From an uncultured Alphaproteobacteria bacterium (GTDB lineage Bacteria; Pseudomonadota; Alphaproteobacteria; Paracaedibacterales; JAKBAR01): 64,000 nt of DNA. Positions 38,309 through 47,647 of this stretch are shown piece after piece (the first letter of the stretch is position 1; each line of letters begins with the position of its first letter). The stretch spans positions 1,200-65,199 of the forward strand of contig CALBMH010000060.1 in the NCBI GenBank assembly GCA_937896365.1, read 5' to 3'. A model generated the notes under the pieces. It saw only the letters and a program-made list of their open reading frames with translations. It made no database searches and was not told where the DNA came from. Position numbers and translations under genes: made by a program.

Positions 38309-39181
38309 ATGGAAGAGTGCCAAGATTGCCATCATGACCAACTGATTAGCATCGATACTTATAAGCGTACGTGGTTTTTATGTCCGTCTTGTGGGAATGC
38401 TCGGCCATGCCAAAAATCTTTTTATTCTTTGTCTTTTCTACCCAATAAAAAATTCAAAAAGGACAAACAAAATCCCGAAGATATGTATGATTATTTTGTT
38501 CAAGACGTACATATTCAGCACTCACAAAAGGATGCAAAGCGCTTTTTTGATTGTTATGTCCATAACCGTATCGATATAAAAAATAAAGATATTCTTGATA
38601 TTAGTGGGGGAAATGGTCATTTCATTCATTTTTTTCAGCAGCATGGTGCGCGTGTTTTCATGACGGAAATGAATCAAAAGGCTATTGATTACGCCCAAAA
38701 AAAACTGGATATTCCAAGCTTTTATTATGATTTTCAAAAACATCGTTTGTCTTCGGTGATTACGCAAAAATTTGATATTATTATGTTGCGTGCAGCGATT
38801 ATGTTTTGTCGGGATCTTGATGGTCTTGTTACTGAACTTAAAAATTGTTTAAACGAAAACGGAATGATTATTATTGAGCATTCAGTAGAGCCAACTCTTG
38901 GGGTTTTAACACGTGTCCAATGCGATGAATTTAGTTATGAGATTTTAAGACAACCTCATAATGTGATCAAACTTTTTGAAAGGCATGGATTTCAGCTCGA
39001 AAAGCATGTTCATGAAACGGATCCAACCCTTTATGTTTATGATCACGACCTTTTAAATGGCTGGCTTTTTCTTCATTATTTATATGAGCTCAAAGGCGTC
39101 TTACGATTACGCAAACATCTAAACCTTTTTGCATTTCGTGCCCGCGACCGCCGCCGAAGCGTTTTTTTCTTTGTAAAGTAG
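38309..39181 (+). CDS. SAM-dependent methyltransferase with N-terminal Cys4 ribbon
   Basis: CQDCHHD..CPSCGN, then motif I ILDISGGNGHF and later MIIIEH. Confidence 0.7.
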   Translation: MEECQDCHHDQLISIDTYKRTWFLCPSCGNARPCQKSFYSLSFLPNKKFKKDKQNPEDMYDYFVQDVHIQHSQKDAKRFFDCYVHNRIDIKNKDILDISGGNGHFIHFFQQHGARVFMTEMNQKAIDYAQKKLDIPSFYYDFQKHRLSSVITQKFDIIMLRAAIMFCRDLDGLVTELKNCLNENGMIIIEHSVEPTLGVLTRVQCDEFSYEILRQPHNVIKLFERHGFQLEKHVHETDPTLYVYDHDLLNGWLFLHYLYELKGVLRLRKHLNLFAFRARDRRRSVFFFVK

Positions 39182-39191
39182 CGTCTAGACA

Positions 39192-41042
39192 ATGTGTGGA
39201 TTCGTCAGCATCATTGCTCATCAGGTTGATGAACGCATTTTACGAGGCATGCGCGACATGTTGCGTCACCGTGGGCCAGATAGTGAAGGACTTTGGATTG
39301 GAACAACGCGTGAGGGATGGAAAATTGGTCTTTCCCATCGACGGTTAAAGATTCTCGATCTTTCCGAAAACGGCGCGCAGCCTATGTGGGATGATGATCG
39401 ATTGTGCGCCATTGTTTTTAATGGGGAAATTTATAACTTCAAAGAGTTGCGCCGGTCTCTCCAGGAAAAGGGATATACTTTTCGATCACACAGTGACACG
39501 GAAGTTCTTTTAAAGGCTTATATCGCCTATGGTCTTGATTTTATCCATCACCTCAATGGGATGTTTGCCTGTACTATTTGGGATGAAAGGAAACAAGAAT
39601 TAATCGTTATCAGAGATCGCTTTGGTGAAAAACCCCTTTATTATGGGTACCTTCCAAAAGGAGGAGTGATTTTTGCATCGGAAATAAAGGCGATCGTTGC
39701 GCATCCTCAATGGAATGTCAGGATTCATGAAGCGATGCTTGATGCTTTCTTAAAAGGAGCCATGCCTTATGAATCCGATGAAACGTATCTTCGAAATATT
39801 TTTAAGGTTCCACCCTCCCACCTAATGATTTTTAATGGCAAAGGGGAACTCACTTTTAAAAAACGTTATTGGGAGCCACCTGTTTATGCGGAAAAAACCG
39901 TATGGTCCCAAGAGGACAGTGAGGAATTTTTATATCTATTACAAAAAAGTGTCAAAGACCGTTTCCAAGCAGATGTTCCCGTAGGAACATGCCTTTCGGG
40001 AGGATTAGATTCGTCCTTGATCACGTGTATTGCCTATCAAACACGCCATACAAAACCTTTTGCTGCAATTTCTGCACGCTTTCCAAAAGACCAGACATTA
40101 GATGAAGGTCCTTATATTGACGCCGTTTTGCATCACTGTAAAGGAACAGGGCTTTTTGTTACGCCATCTCCCTTAGAGCTTGTGGAGACGATGGATGATC
40201 TTCATTGGCACCAGGAAGAACCTTTTTTATCCGCATCCATGTACCTTGAATGGTGTGTTCAAAAAAAAGCAAAGGCATCTGGGATTACTGTCATGTTAGA
40301 TGGACAAGGTGCTGACGAAATTTTAGGGGGATATCAACATTATTTCCAATCATTTCAGCTAGATCTTTTGAGTGAAAAAAAATATGCATCTCTCTTAAAG
40401 GAAACATATTTATTTAACCGCCATCTTCACAAAGCATCTATCCTTTATTCAAATCCTTCCCGTCGATTTAATAAAAATATTGCATACTCCTTTTCATTCT
40501 TAGCAAAACAACATTGGAATAGGCTTCCATTTTTCGAAAATGGCGTCTTTAACAGCAAAGACATAGGGCTTTTTCGTTATCGTGTTCTCCATGGTCTTTT
40601 ATATGACATGCTTCCTTCCCAATTGCATTCTGCTGATCGTAATGGCATGGCCCATAGCATGGAAACACGTTTTCCATTTTTAGATTACCCTCTTGTGGAT
40701 TTTTGTTTAAATCTTCCAAGAGATGCTTTAATTCGAAGGGGATGGCAAAAATACATTTTAAGACAGTCAACTAAACATATCTTACCGAAAAGCATTCAAT
40801 GGAGAGCAGATAAGGTTGGGTTTGCTGCCCCCTTAGATCTATGGTTAAGGGAGGATCTAAAAAAATGGGGACATGATCTTCTACAACAACCGGATGTCAA
40901 ACATATGGCAAGTGGTCATAATATATCGCTTGAGCATGTATGGAAAAAACATCAAAAGGGTGAAGACCATTCGTGGGAAATATGGAAATGGATCAGCGCT
41001 TCCTATTGGAAAAATATCAAATGGACAAAAGCGATAGACTAA
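39192..41042 (+). CDS. Asparagine synthase (glutamine-hydrolysing)-family amidotransferase, copy 1
   Basis: N-terminal MCGF nucleophile, HRGPD, FNGEIYNF, PP-loop LSGGLDSSLI. Confidence 0.88.
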   Translation: MCGFVSIIAHQVDERILRGMRDMLRHRGPDSEGLWIGTTREGWKIGLSHRRLKILDLSENGAQPMWDDDRLCAIVFNGEIYNFKELRRSLQEKGYTFRSHSDTEVLLKAYIAYGLDFIHHLNGMFACTIWDERKQELIVIRDRFGEKPLYYGYLPKGGVIFASEIKAIVAHPQWNVRIHEAMLDAFLKGAMPYESDETYLRNIFKVPPSHLMIFNGKGELTFKKRYWEPPVYAEKTVWSQEDSEEFLYLLQKSVKDRFQADVPVGTCLSGGLDSSLITCIAYQTRHTKPFAAISARFPKDQTLDEGPYIDAVLHHCKGTGLFVTPSPLELVETMDDLHWHQEEPFLSASMYLEWCVQKKAKASGITVMLDGQGADEILGGYQHYFQSFQLDLLSEKKYASLLKETYLFNRHLHKASILYSNPSRRFNKNIAYSFSFLAKQHWNRLPFFENGVFNSKDIGLFRYRVLHGLLYDMLPSQLHSADRNGMAHSMETRFPFLDYPLVDFCLNLPRDALIRRGWQKYILRQSTKHILPKSIQWRADKVGFAAPLDLWLREDLKKWGHDLLQQPDVKHMASGHNISLEHVWKKHQKGEDHSWEIWKWISASYWKNIKWTKAID

Positions 41043-41044
41043 AC

Positions 41045-42319
41045 ATGAACAAACCTTTAGGCTGTAAAAAAGTGTGTATTGTTTCTTTTACACCTGTTTT
41101 TGATGAGCCCCGTGTGTGTCGCCAAGCGAGGGCCTTATACGAGGCAGGTGCTGATGTCACAGTAATCGGCTATAAAGGAAGGGGTAAATGCCCAAGTTTT
41201 TGGAATTTTATTGAGCTTAATCTGCATCCGCAGATATCATCATCGAAGACACCTTCTCCACTATCAAAACAAAAAAACATTCTTTTGAAGATTATGAATG
41301 TCGGCATAGTGCGTATTTCTCAATATGCCAAGCGTTTTCAAAAGTTATCTCTTCTTTTACTCAGTCGCTTTTCAAAACATGCAGCTATCTCTTTTTTTTG
41401 GAGGAATCATGAATACCAAAATGTCAAAAAAAACATTCCCCCTGTAGCAGCTGATCTTTATATTGCCCATGATTATTTCACACTTCCCATTGCCCTTTAT
41501 CTTTCTTCCATCCATCCTGGCAAAGTAGCCTTTGATGCCCATGAACATGCGACTACGCAATATGCCCATTCTTTATGGTTTCGATGGATAGAAGCACCGT
41601 ATGTTCATTCCTTACAAGAGTATCTTTTTCCCCATGTACACTGCTTTACAACCGTTTGTGATGGCATTGCTGATCTTTTAAAAAAAGAGTATCACTTACC
41701 TCAAAAACCCTTTGTGATTCGTAGCACCCCTTTTTATGAAGCACATGATTTCAAAAAAACAGATCCAAAAAATATTACCCTTCTTTATCACGGTGGTATT
41801 TCTCCTATGCGTGGTCTTGAAGAAGTGATTGAAAGCGCTCCCTCATGGCATGATCACTTAACGATGATTATGCGTGGTCATGGGGATCCACACTATATAA
41901 ATAAATTAAAAGAAATTATTAAAAATTATTCTCTTTGTAACAAAATACGTATTGAATCTTCTGTTGCTGCGTCAAGACTTGTCTCTTATGCCCATCGTGA
42001 TGCCGATATTGGATACTTTGCTCAACCACAAATTAGCCCGCAAAAACGCTATACACTTCCAAATAAATTTTTTGAATACACAATGGCGGGGCTGTGTCTT
42101 GTGGTGAACAAGGGGTATGAGATGAAAAAGCTATGTGATCATTACCAAAATGGTGTGTTTGTGAATTCCCTGACAAAGGAAGATATTGCTCATTGTCTTA
42201 ATTCTCTCACCCCAGAGGTGATTGATCGTTGTAAAGAAAAATCCCTTCACGCTGCGAAGGAGCTTTGTTTTGATCGTGAAGGTGAAAAAATGATCCAAGA
42301 ATATGCTTCTCTTTTTTAG
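41045..42319 (+). CDS. Glycosyltransferase-like protein, paralogue C
   Basis: FDAHEH and YTLPNKFFEYTMAGLCLVVNK are shared with 22360 and 23531. The ATG at 41045 lies 2 nt after the asnB-like stop and is preferred to 40973. Confidence 0.65.
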   Translation: MNKPLGCKKVCIVSFTPVFDEPRVCRQARALYEAGADVTVIGYKGRGKCPSFWNFIELNLHPQISSSKTPSPLSKQKNILLKIMNVGIVRISQYAKRFQKLSLLLLSRFSKHAAISFFWRNHEYQNVKKNIPPVAADLYIAHDYFTLPIALYLSSIHPGKVAFDAHEHATTQYAHSLWFRWIEAPYVHSLQEYLFPHVHCFTTVCDGIADLLKKEYHLPQKPFVIRSTPFYEAHDFKKTDPKNITLLYHGGISPMRGLEEVIESAPSWHDHLTMIMRGHGDPHYINKLKEIIKNYSLCNKIRIESSVAASRLVSYAHRDADIGYFAQPQISPQKRYTLPNKFFEYTMAGLCLVVNKGYEMKKLCDHYQNGVFVNSLTKEDIAHCLNSLTPEVIDRCKEKSLHAAKELCFDREGEKMIQEYASLF

Positions 42320-42333
42320 ACAATCAAAGACTT

Positions 42334-44175
42334 ATGTGCGGTTTTTCTTTCCTCTATAGTTTTTCTGATCCGTTGCTGTTGTCTTCTTTGAAAAAGATGA
42401 CGGATGTGATTCAACATAGAGGGCCGGATGGTGAAGGTTTCTATATAATTAACGATCAGGATATTTCTGAAACAGATTCATTTCATGTGGGTTTTGGTCA
42501 TCGACGCCTTAAAATCATTGACTTAAGTGAAAAGGCGCACCAACCCATGCACAGTGACTGTGGGCGTTATGTGATTGTTTTTAATGGGGAAATTTATAAT
42601 TTTAAAGAGCTACGTCAAGAGCTTGAACACAAAGGATATACCTTTCGATCATACAGTGATACAGAAGTGTTGTTAAAATCATTTGAAGCGTATAAAATAG
42701 ACTGCCTTGAAAAACTAAAGGGCATGTTCTCTTTTGTGATTTATGACATAGAAAAAAAAGAATGTTTTTTTGCACGGGATCGCTTTGGTATCAAGCCTTT
42801 TTACTATTGGTTTTCGCCCCTTGGGTTTTTTGCTGTTGCGTCTGAAATCAAACAATTGATACATCTTCCGGGTTGGAAGGCAAAGGCGAATCACGATCGT
42901 ATCAATGATTTTCTTGTCAAAGGTCTTCAAGACCATACCCATGAAACTCTGTTTGAAGGCGTTTATCAAATACCACCGGGGCACTTTTTTGAAGGAAAAC
43001 TTTTCCCCCACACACACCTTTTTACAAAACGTTATTATGAGCCCTTAGCCAAAATCCCCCAAGATTACCCTGAGCGGTCATTTTTTAGTCTTTTTCGACA
43101 ATCAATCAAAGAACACATGGAAAGCGATGTTCCCCTTGGAGCAGGGGTCTCCGGGGGTCTTGATTCGTCTTCAATTGTGTATATGATCCGTCATCTTTCT
43201 CCTCATCACTCTCTTTCTACATTTTCAACTGTATCCTCTGAAAAAGAATATGATGAGAGCATCTATATCAAAAAAGTACAACGTGACGTTGCCACATACG
43301 CTTACAATGTGGATCCATCGCTTGTGGAGAGCAAAGAACTCCTCGAAAAAATCGTTTGGTTCCATGATGAACCCTTAGGAACGCCAAGTATTCTTTCCGA
43401 ATGGTTTGTCTATGAAACCGTTCAAAAAACAAATGTAAAAGTGACCCTCGAAGGCCATGGCGCCGATGAAATACTGGGAGGATATCTTGACTTTATACCA
43501 TTTTATCTTCGTTATTTATTAAAGCAAAAGCATTTTTGTGTTTTTCTCAAAGAATGTTTCTTCATCGCCTATCGCTATCGTTGGCTTTATAAGCGATTAT
43601 TAAGGAAAATGCTCACACGTCTCAGTCTTATTTTTGGTTCAGCGTCAGCACCGTCATGGCCACAGGAATTTTTTTTAAAAAATGCTTGTGCGATGTCCCA
43701 GGCCCCGGCCAAAGGTTCATCCCCTCTTTCATGGCAGATGTATAATCTTTTTTTCCTGAGTCTTCCTAAACAACTTCATTGGGCCGATCGTGATGCCATG
43801 GCCCATAGTATCGAAGCACGTGTTCCTTTTTTAGATCATGCTTTGGTGGATTGTGTTTTGTCACAGAATCCTTTTGACGTTTTTAAGAATGGAAAAAGTA
43901 AAGCGCTGTTGCGTGAGCACATGAAGGATATCCTACCTGAAATGATTGTTAACCGGTCTTCTAAGATTGGATTTCCAAGTCTTTCTTCTTTTCAAGTATT
44001 CCATTCAGAACAATTGAAGACATTTTGTGAGGCCCATATGCCTTCTTTGTATTTTAGTGCGTCGGTTATCGAAGCAATACGGAACTGTAAGCAATATTCT
44101 TCCTCTGATCAGACATTTTTTAGGTTGTTAACACTTTTAATTTGGAAAGATATTTTTAAAGTCGATTTTTCATAA
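42334..44175 (+). CDS. Asparagine synthase-family amidotransferase, copy 2
   Basis: MCGF, HRGPD, FNGEIYNF, PP-loop VSGGLDSSSI. It is the last gene of the + strand locus. Confidence 0.88.
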   Translation: MCGFSFLYSFSDPLLLSSLKKMTDVIQHRGPDGEGFYIINDQDISETDSFHVGFGHRRLKIIDLSEKAHQPMHSDCGRYVIVFNGEIYNFKELRQELEHKGYTFRSYSDTEVLLKSFEAYKIDCLEKLKGMFSFVIYDIEKKECFFARDRFGIKPFYYWFSPLGFFAVASEIKQLIHLPGWKAKANHDRINDFLVKGLQDHTHETLFEGVYQIPPGHFFEGKLFPHTHLFTKRYYEPLAKIPQDYPERSFFSLFRQSIKEHMESDVPLGAGVSGGLDSSSIVYMIRHLSPHHSLSTFSTVSSEKEYDESIYIKKVQRDVATYAYNVDPSLVESKELLEKIVWFHDEPLGTPSILSEWFVYETVQKTNVKVTLEGHGADEILGGYLDFIPFYLRYLLKQKHFCVFLKECFFIAYRYRWLYKRLLRKMLTRLSLIFGSASAPSWPQEFFLKNACAMSQAPAKGSSPLSWQMYNLFFLSLPKQLHWADRDAMAHSIEARVPFLDHALVDCVLSQNPFDVFKNGKSKALLREHMKDILPEMIVNRSSKIGFPSLSSFQVFHSEQLKTFCEAHMPSLYFSASVIEAIRNCKQYSSSDQTFFRLLTLLIWKDIFKVDFS

Positions 44176-44229
44176 AGGGAGGGGAGAAATTTCGTGAAGC
44201 AAATCCCCTTAAAAGTGTGTGTTGTGAAT

Positions 44230-45228
44230 TTAGGCACGTGCGCGAAAATACAGCACTACTACATACGTAAATAGCACAATGGCACCGCATTGATGAAGCA
44301 GTGCGAGAGGAACAAGAACGATAGAAAGGACTGTCATGATACCCAATAGAATCTGAAGCGCGACCGCAAAAAGCAAAAGAGTCAATTCCATAAAATGCTT
44401 CGCATCTTTTAAACGCTTTATAAGCCAAATAGATATTCCTGCCGTAAAAAATGCAAGTAAACGGTGCACCCACTGCACCGTAGCAGGGTTTTCTACAAAG
44501 TTTATGTACACAGGTTGATAAAAAAGCCATTCATAAGGAATCCATTCGTCCCCCATCTTGGGAAAAGTATTATAGAGTTTGCCTGCACGAAGCCCTGCCA
44601 CGAAGGTTCCGTAAATGATTGTTAGACAGATAGCCACAAGGCTAAAAACACTCGGGATTTTTATTCTTCTGTGCAATGGAATCGCTGTTGGATTGATAGC
44701 AAATAATGCTTCGATCATAAGAAAAAGGAGAATGAACGCAAGACTCAGGTGCAACGCTAGGCGATAATGACTGACATAAGGATTATTCACAAGGCCACTC
44801 TTCACCATAAACCATCCTGCAAAACCTTGAAGTCCTCCAATGCATAAAAGAACAACAAGACGTCTTTTCAATGCAGGCTTATAGGCTTTCCAGAAAAAAA
44901 GAAAGGGAAGTAAAAAAACAATCCCAAGCAGTCTTCCCAAAAGACGGTGGCTATACTCCATGTAGAAAATAAACTTGAAATCAGAAAGCGTTAGGTCCAT
45001 GTGCTTGAGTTTATACTCGGGAAACTGCTTATAATGGTTAAATGCGTTCAGCCAATCTTCTTTTGAAAGAGGTGGAATAATGCCTGTGAGAGGTTTCCAC
45101 TCCACAATGGAAAGCCCTGCTTCTGTCAGACGTGTAGCCCCTCCTAAGAGGATCATCGCAACAACAAGAAGACAGCACAAAAAAAGCCAAACGGTTATGG
45201 GGTAGCGCAGATGATTTTCTTTGAGCAT
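44230..45228 (-). CDS. ctaA: Heme A synthase (COX15/CtaA)
   Basis: 332 aa, polytopic. GGATRLTEAGLSIVEWKPLTGIIPP and EYSHRLLGR motifs. Confidence 0.9.
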   Translation of the reverse strand: MLKENHLRYPITVWLFLCCLLVVAMILLGGATRLTEAGLSIVEWKPLTGIIPPLSKEDWLNAFNHYKQFPEYKLKHMDLTLSDFKFIFYMEYSHRLLGRLLGIVFLLPFLFFWKAYKPALKRRLVVLLCIGGLQGFAGWFMVKSGLVNNPYVSHYRLALHLSLAFILLFLMIEALFAINPTAIPLHRRIKIPSVFSLVAICLTIIYGTFVAGLRAGKLYNTFPKMGDEWIPYEWLFYQPVYINFVENPATVQWVHRLLAFFTAGISIWLIKRLKDAKHFMELTLLLFAVALQILLGIMTVLSIVLVPLALLHQCGAIVLFTYVVVLYFRARA

Positions 45229-45304
45229 GGGAAATTTCTTTTTTAATCGTGACTAAGACCTGATTGTAAAGATCATCCCAGTCAGTTGATACAAAAGAAT
45301 CCCA

Positions 45305-47068
45305 TCAACCTTTGGGGAAAGTCTCTGCAAAAATAAAAGAGTGACACTTGTGATAGAACCACTCTCTCATAGGATGAGGGATTGCGTCCTTTAGCGTTTC
45401 ATAGATTTTTTGATGATAGGTTCTAAGCCACTGAATTTCTTTTGAAGTGAGAAGTTCCCAAGCAACAAGGTGTTTATCAAACGGAATGAGGGTCAGATTC
45501 TCAAAGCCATACCATCCATCAGAAAAGTCTATGACATAGATAAGATTTTCGATGCGAATGCCATAGCATCCTTCTTTGTAGTACCCAGGCTCATTGGAGA
45601 GAATCATTCCTGGCTGTAGGGGTTCATCTCCCTGTTTACTAATGCTTTGCGGGCCTTCATGCACACTTAGAAAACTGCCAACGCCATGGCCTGTACCATG
45701 GGTATAGTTAAGTTTCTCTTGCCATAGCGCATGCCTGGCCAAGACATCCAGTTGTGCACCCGACGTTCCTTTGGGAAAAATAACCGAAGCAATAGCGCTG
45801 TGTCCCCTCAACACAAGGGTATAGTGATGCTTCATCTCCTGTGTGGGCGTTCCTATAGCAAGAGTGCGCGTTACATCGGTTGTGCCTTCCAGATATTGCC
45901 CCCCTGAGTCGATAAGAAGCAGGTCATGGGCGCTGATCGCGCGATTTGTCGTAAGTTCTGGTTTATAATGCACGATGGCACCATTTGGGCCGCTGCCTGC
46001 GATAGTAGAGAAACTCAGACAATGAAAGCCCTCTTGCTGTTGTCGTGCGTCGCGTATTTTAGAGACGATATCAAGCTCGGTAAGGCTCTTTTTCTGATGT
46101 ACCTGCTCTTCAAGCCAATACCAAAAGAAGCACCAGGCTACAGCATCTTTAATGTGCGCTTGTTTTGCTCCCTCGATTTCCACGGCATTCTTACATGCCT
46201 TCATCAAAAGACAAGGATCACGCATAGCGTGTTTTTTTGGAAATAACTGAACAACGGCTACAGGCGTTTGATAGGGGTCATAGCCTAGCGTCACATGACG
46301 TTGGGTCAGAAGAAATGTTTCGAGATCCTCTATCCTGTGGCTATGCACACCCTCTCTCTCCTGTTGTGTCTGATGCAAAAACAGATCCACGCTCTTTTGG
46401 GTTATCCAGGCAAAACCTTGAGATAGAGGTGTGTAGGGGAGATCACTCCCGCGCACATTCAAAAGCCATGCCCAAGATTCGGGGGGAAGGAGAAAAGCGT
46501 CAACGTCCTTTGTACTCAGATTCTTTCGTAGCATCTCAAGCTTTTCTAAAGCGCTCACGCCGGTGTAGAGGGGTGATTGATCAAAGAGTCTCGTCTGTGG
46601 GTGCGATGGGCGCCTTTCCCACAAACTATCCAGAAACTGGGGCATAGGATTGAGGCAAGAATAGGCTTGCTTAAAACCCTTCAGGTCTTTTTCTGTGAAA
46701 ACCCATGGGTCGAAGCCTATCACACCTTGGGGATCAGCATTCTCCTTCAGCCACTGCTTTTCGCTCCCTAAAGGATGGAGTTCGAAGAGCTTTCGATCCA
46801 CTTGTTGCCCCGCTTGGAGTGTGTAACGGCCATCCACAAACACAGCCGCTTTATCATCCAGCACGATAGCAAACCCCGCTGATCCACTGAATCCTGTGAG
46901 CCACTGAATCCACTCATCGTGCTCAACGAGATACTCACCTTGGAACATGTCCTGATGGGGAAGAAGCCATCCATCAAGGGCATGACGAAGAAGCTTCTGC
47001 CGTAGAGCGTGCAATGGCGAGAGAGGAGAGTCTGAAACAATCAACGAGAACCTACTTTTTTCTCCCAT
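45305..47068 (-). CDS. pepP: Xaa-Pro aminopeptidase (M24B, aminopeptidase P family)
   Basis: 587 aa. HGTGHGVGSFLSVHEGP, SNEPGYY, GIRIENL. Confidence 0.9.
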   Translation of the reverse strand: MGEKSRFSLIVSDSPLSPLHALRQKLLRHALDGWLLPHQDMFQGEYLVEHDEWIQWLTGFSGSAGFAIVLDDKAAVFVDGRYTLQAGQQVDRKLFELHPLGSEKQWLKENADPQGVIGFDPWVFTEKDLKGFKQAYSCLNPMPQFLDSLWERRPSHPQTRLFDQSPLYTGVSALEKLEMLRKNLSTKDVDAFLLPPESWAWLLNVRGSDLPYTPLSQGFAWITQKSVDLFLHQTQQEREGVHSHRIEDLETFLLTQRHVTLGYDPYQTPVAVVQLFPKKHAMRDPCLLMKACKNAVEIEGAKQAHIKDAVAWCFFWYWLEEQVHQKKSLTELDIVSKIRDARQQQEGFHCLSFSTIAGSGPNGAIVHYKPELTTNRAISAHDLLLIDSGGQYLEGTTDVTRTLAIGTPTQEMKHHYTLVLRGHSAIASVIFPKGTSGAQLDVLARHALWQEKLNYTHGTGHGVGSFLSVHEGPQSISKQGDEPLQPGMILSNEPGYYKEGCYGIRIENLIYVIDFSDGWYGFENLTLIPFDKHLVAWELLTSKEIQWLRTYHQKIYETLKDAIPHPMREWFYHKCHSFIFAETFPKG

Positions 47069-47344
47069 GATGATTGCATTGGGAAGTGTGATCTTTCAGT
47101 TTTTTTGGATCTCCTTGCTTTAGCTGCTGCTTTGTACAGTTTTGCTGTTTGAAAGCATTAAAATACATATTCTGACGCCGTTCTTTACTGAGAGGATTGT
47201 CTTTCATAAAGTCTGGAAGGCACATGCACTGCTCATCAGTTTTAGAAAAAAGCATAACCCAGTGTTGTTACAAAAATGCATTATAAAACGCTCCTAGTTC
47301 CTGGAAATATGTTTTTCTGTTTACTTCCCGTCAGACCGTCCAAT

Positions 47345-47623
47345 CTACGCCGCACCTTCAAGGATGGCCTCTGATGGAATCATACCAAGGGCCTGTTTAT
47401 AAAGGTCAAGGAGTTCCTCTTGCTCAGCCACTTCGTCCTGCTTCATTTTACGCAGTCTCAAGATTTGTTTCATAATCTTCGGTTCAAACCCGCTCCCCTT
47501 TGCCTCAGCAAAAACTTCTTTAATCTCTTCCATGAGGCGCGCCTTGTCTTCTTCCATGCGTTCGATTTTTTCAATGAACAGCCGTAGTTGTTGTGCTGCA
47601 ATGCCCAGATGGCTTGACATCAT
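47345..47623 (-). CDS. DUF2312 family protein (GapR-like nucleoid-associated protein)
   Basis: 92 aa. QLRLFIEKIERMEEDKARLMEEIKEVFAEAKGSGFEPKIMKQILRLRKM matches the DUF2312 pattern known from Caulobacter GapR. Confidence 0.85.
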   Translation of the reverse strand: MMSSHLGIAAQQLRLFIEKIERMEEDKARLMEEIKEVFAEAKGSGFEPKIMKQILRLRKMKQDEVAEQEELLDLYKQALGMIPSEAILEGAA

Positions 47624-47647
47624 CCTACTCCTTTGCCCTTGTGTTTT

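Noticed and set aside
44176-44229. Possible bidirectional terminator between asnB-like copy 2 and ctaA (gggg..cccc around 44185-44212)
   Set aside because: The stem is only about 4-6 bp with a mismatch and a loop of about 18 nt, and there is no clean T-run.
47052-47255. 67-aa minus-strand ORF (MLFSKTDEQCMCLPDF..) between the DUF2312 gene and pepP
   Set aside because: It has four Cys but in no motif I recognise. It overlaps the pepP start by 17 nt. The evidence is insufficient to call a gene, though a small protein cannot be excluded.
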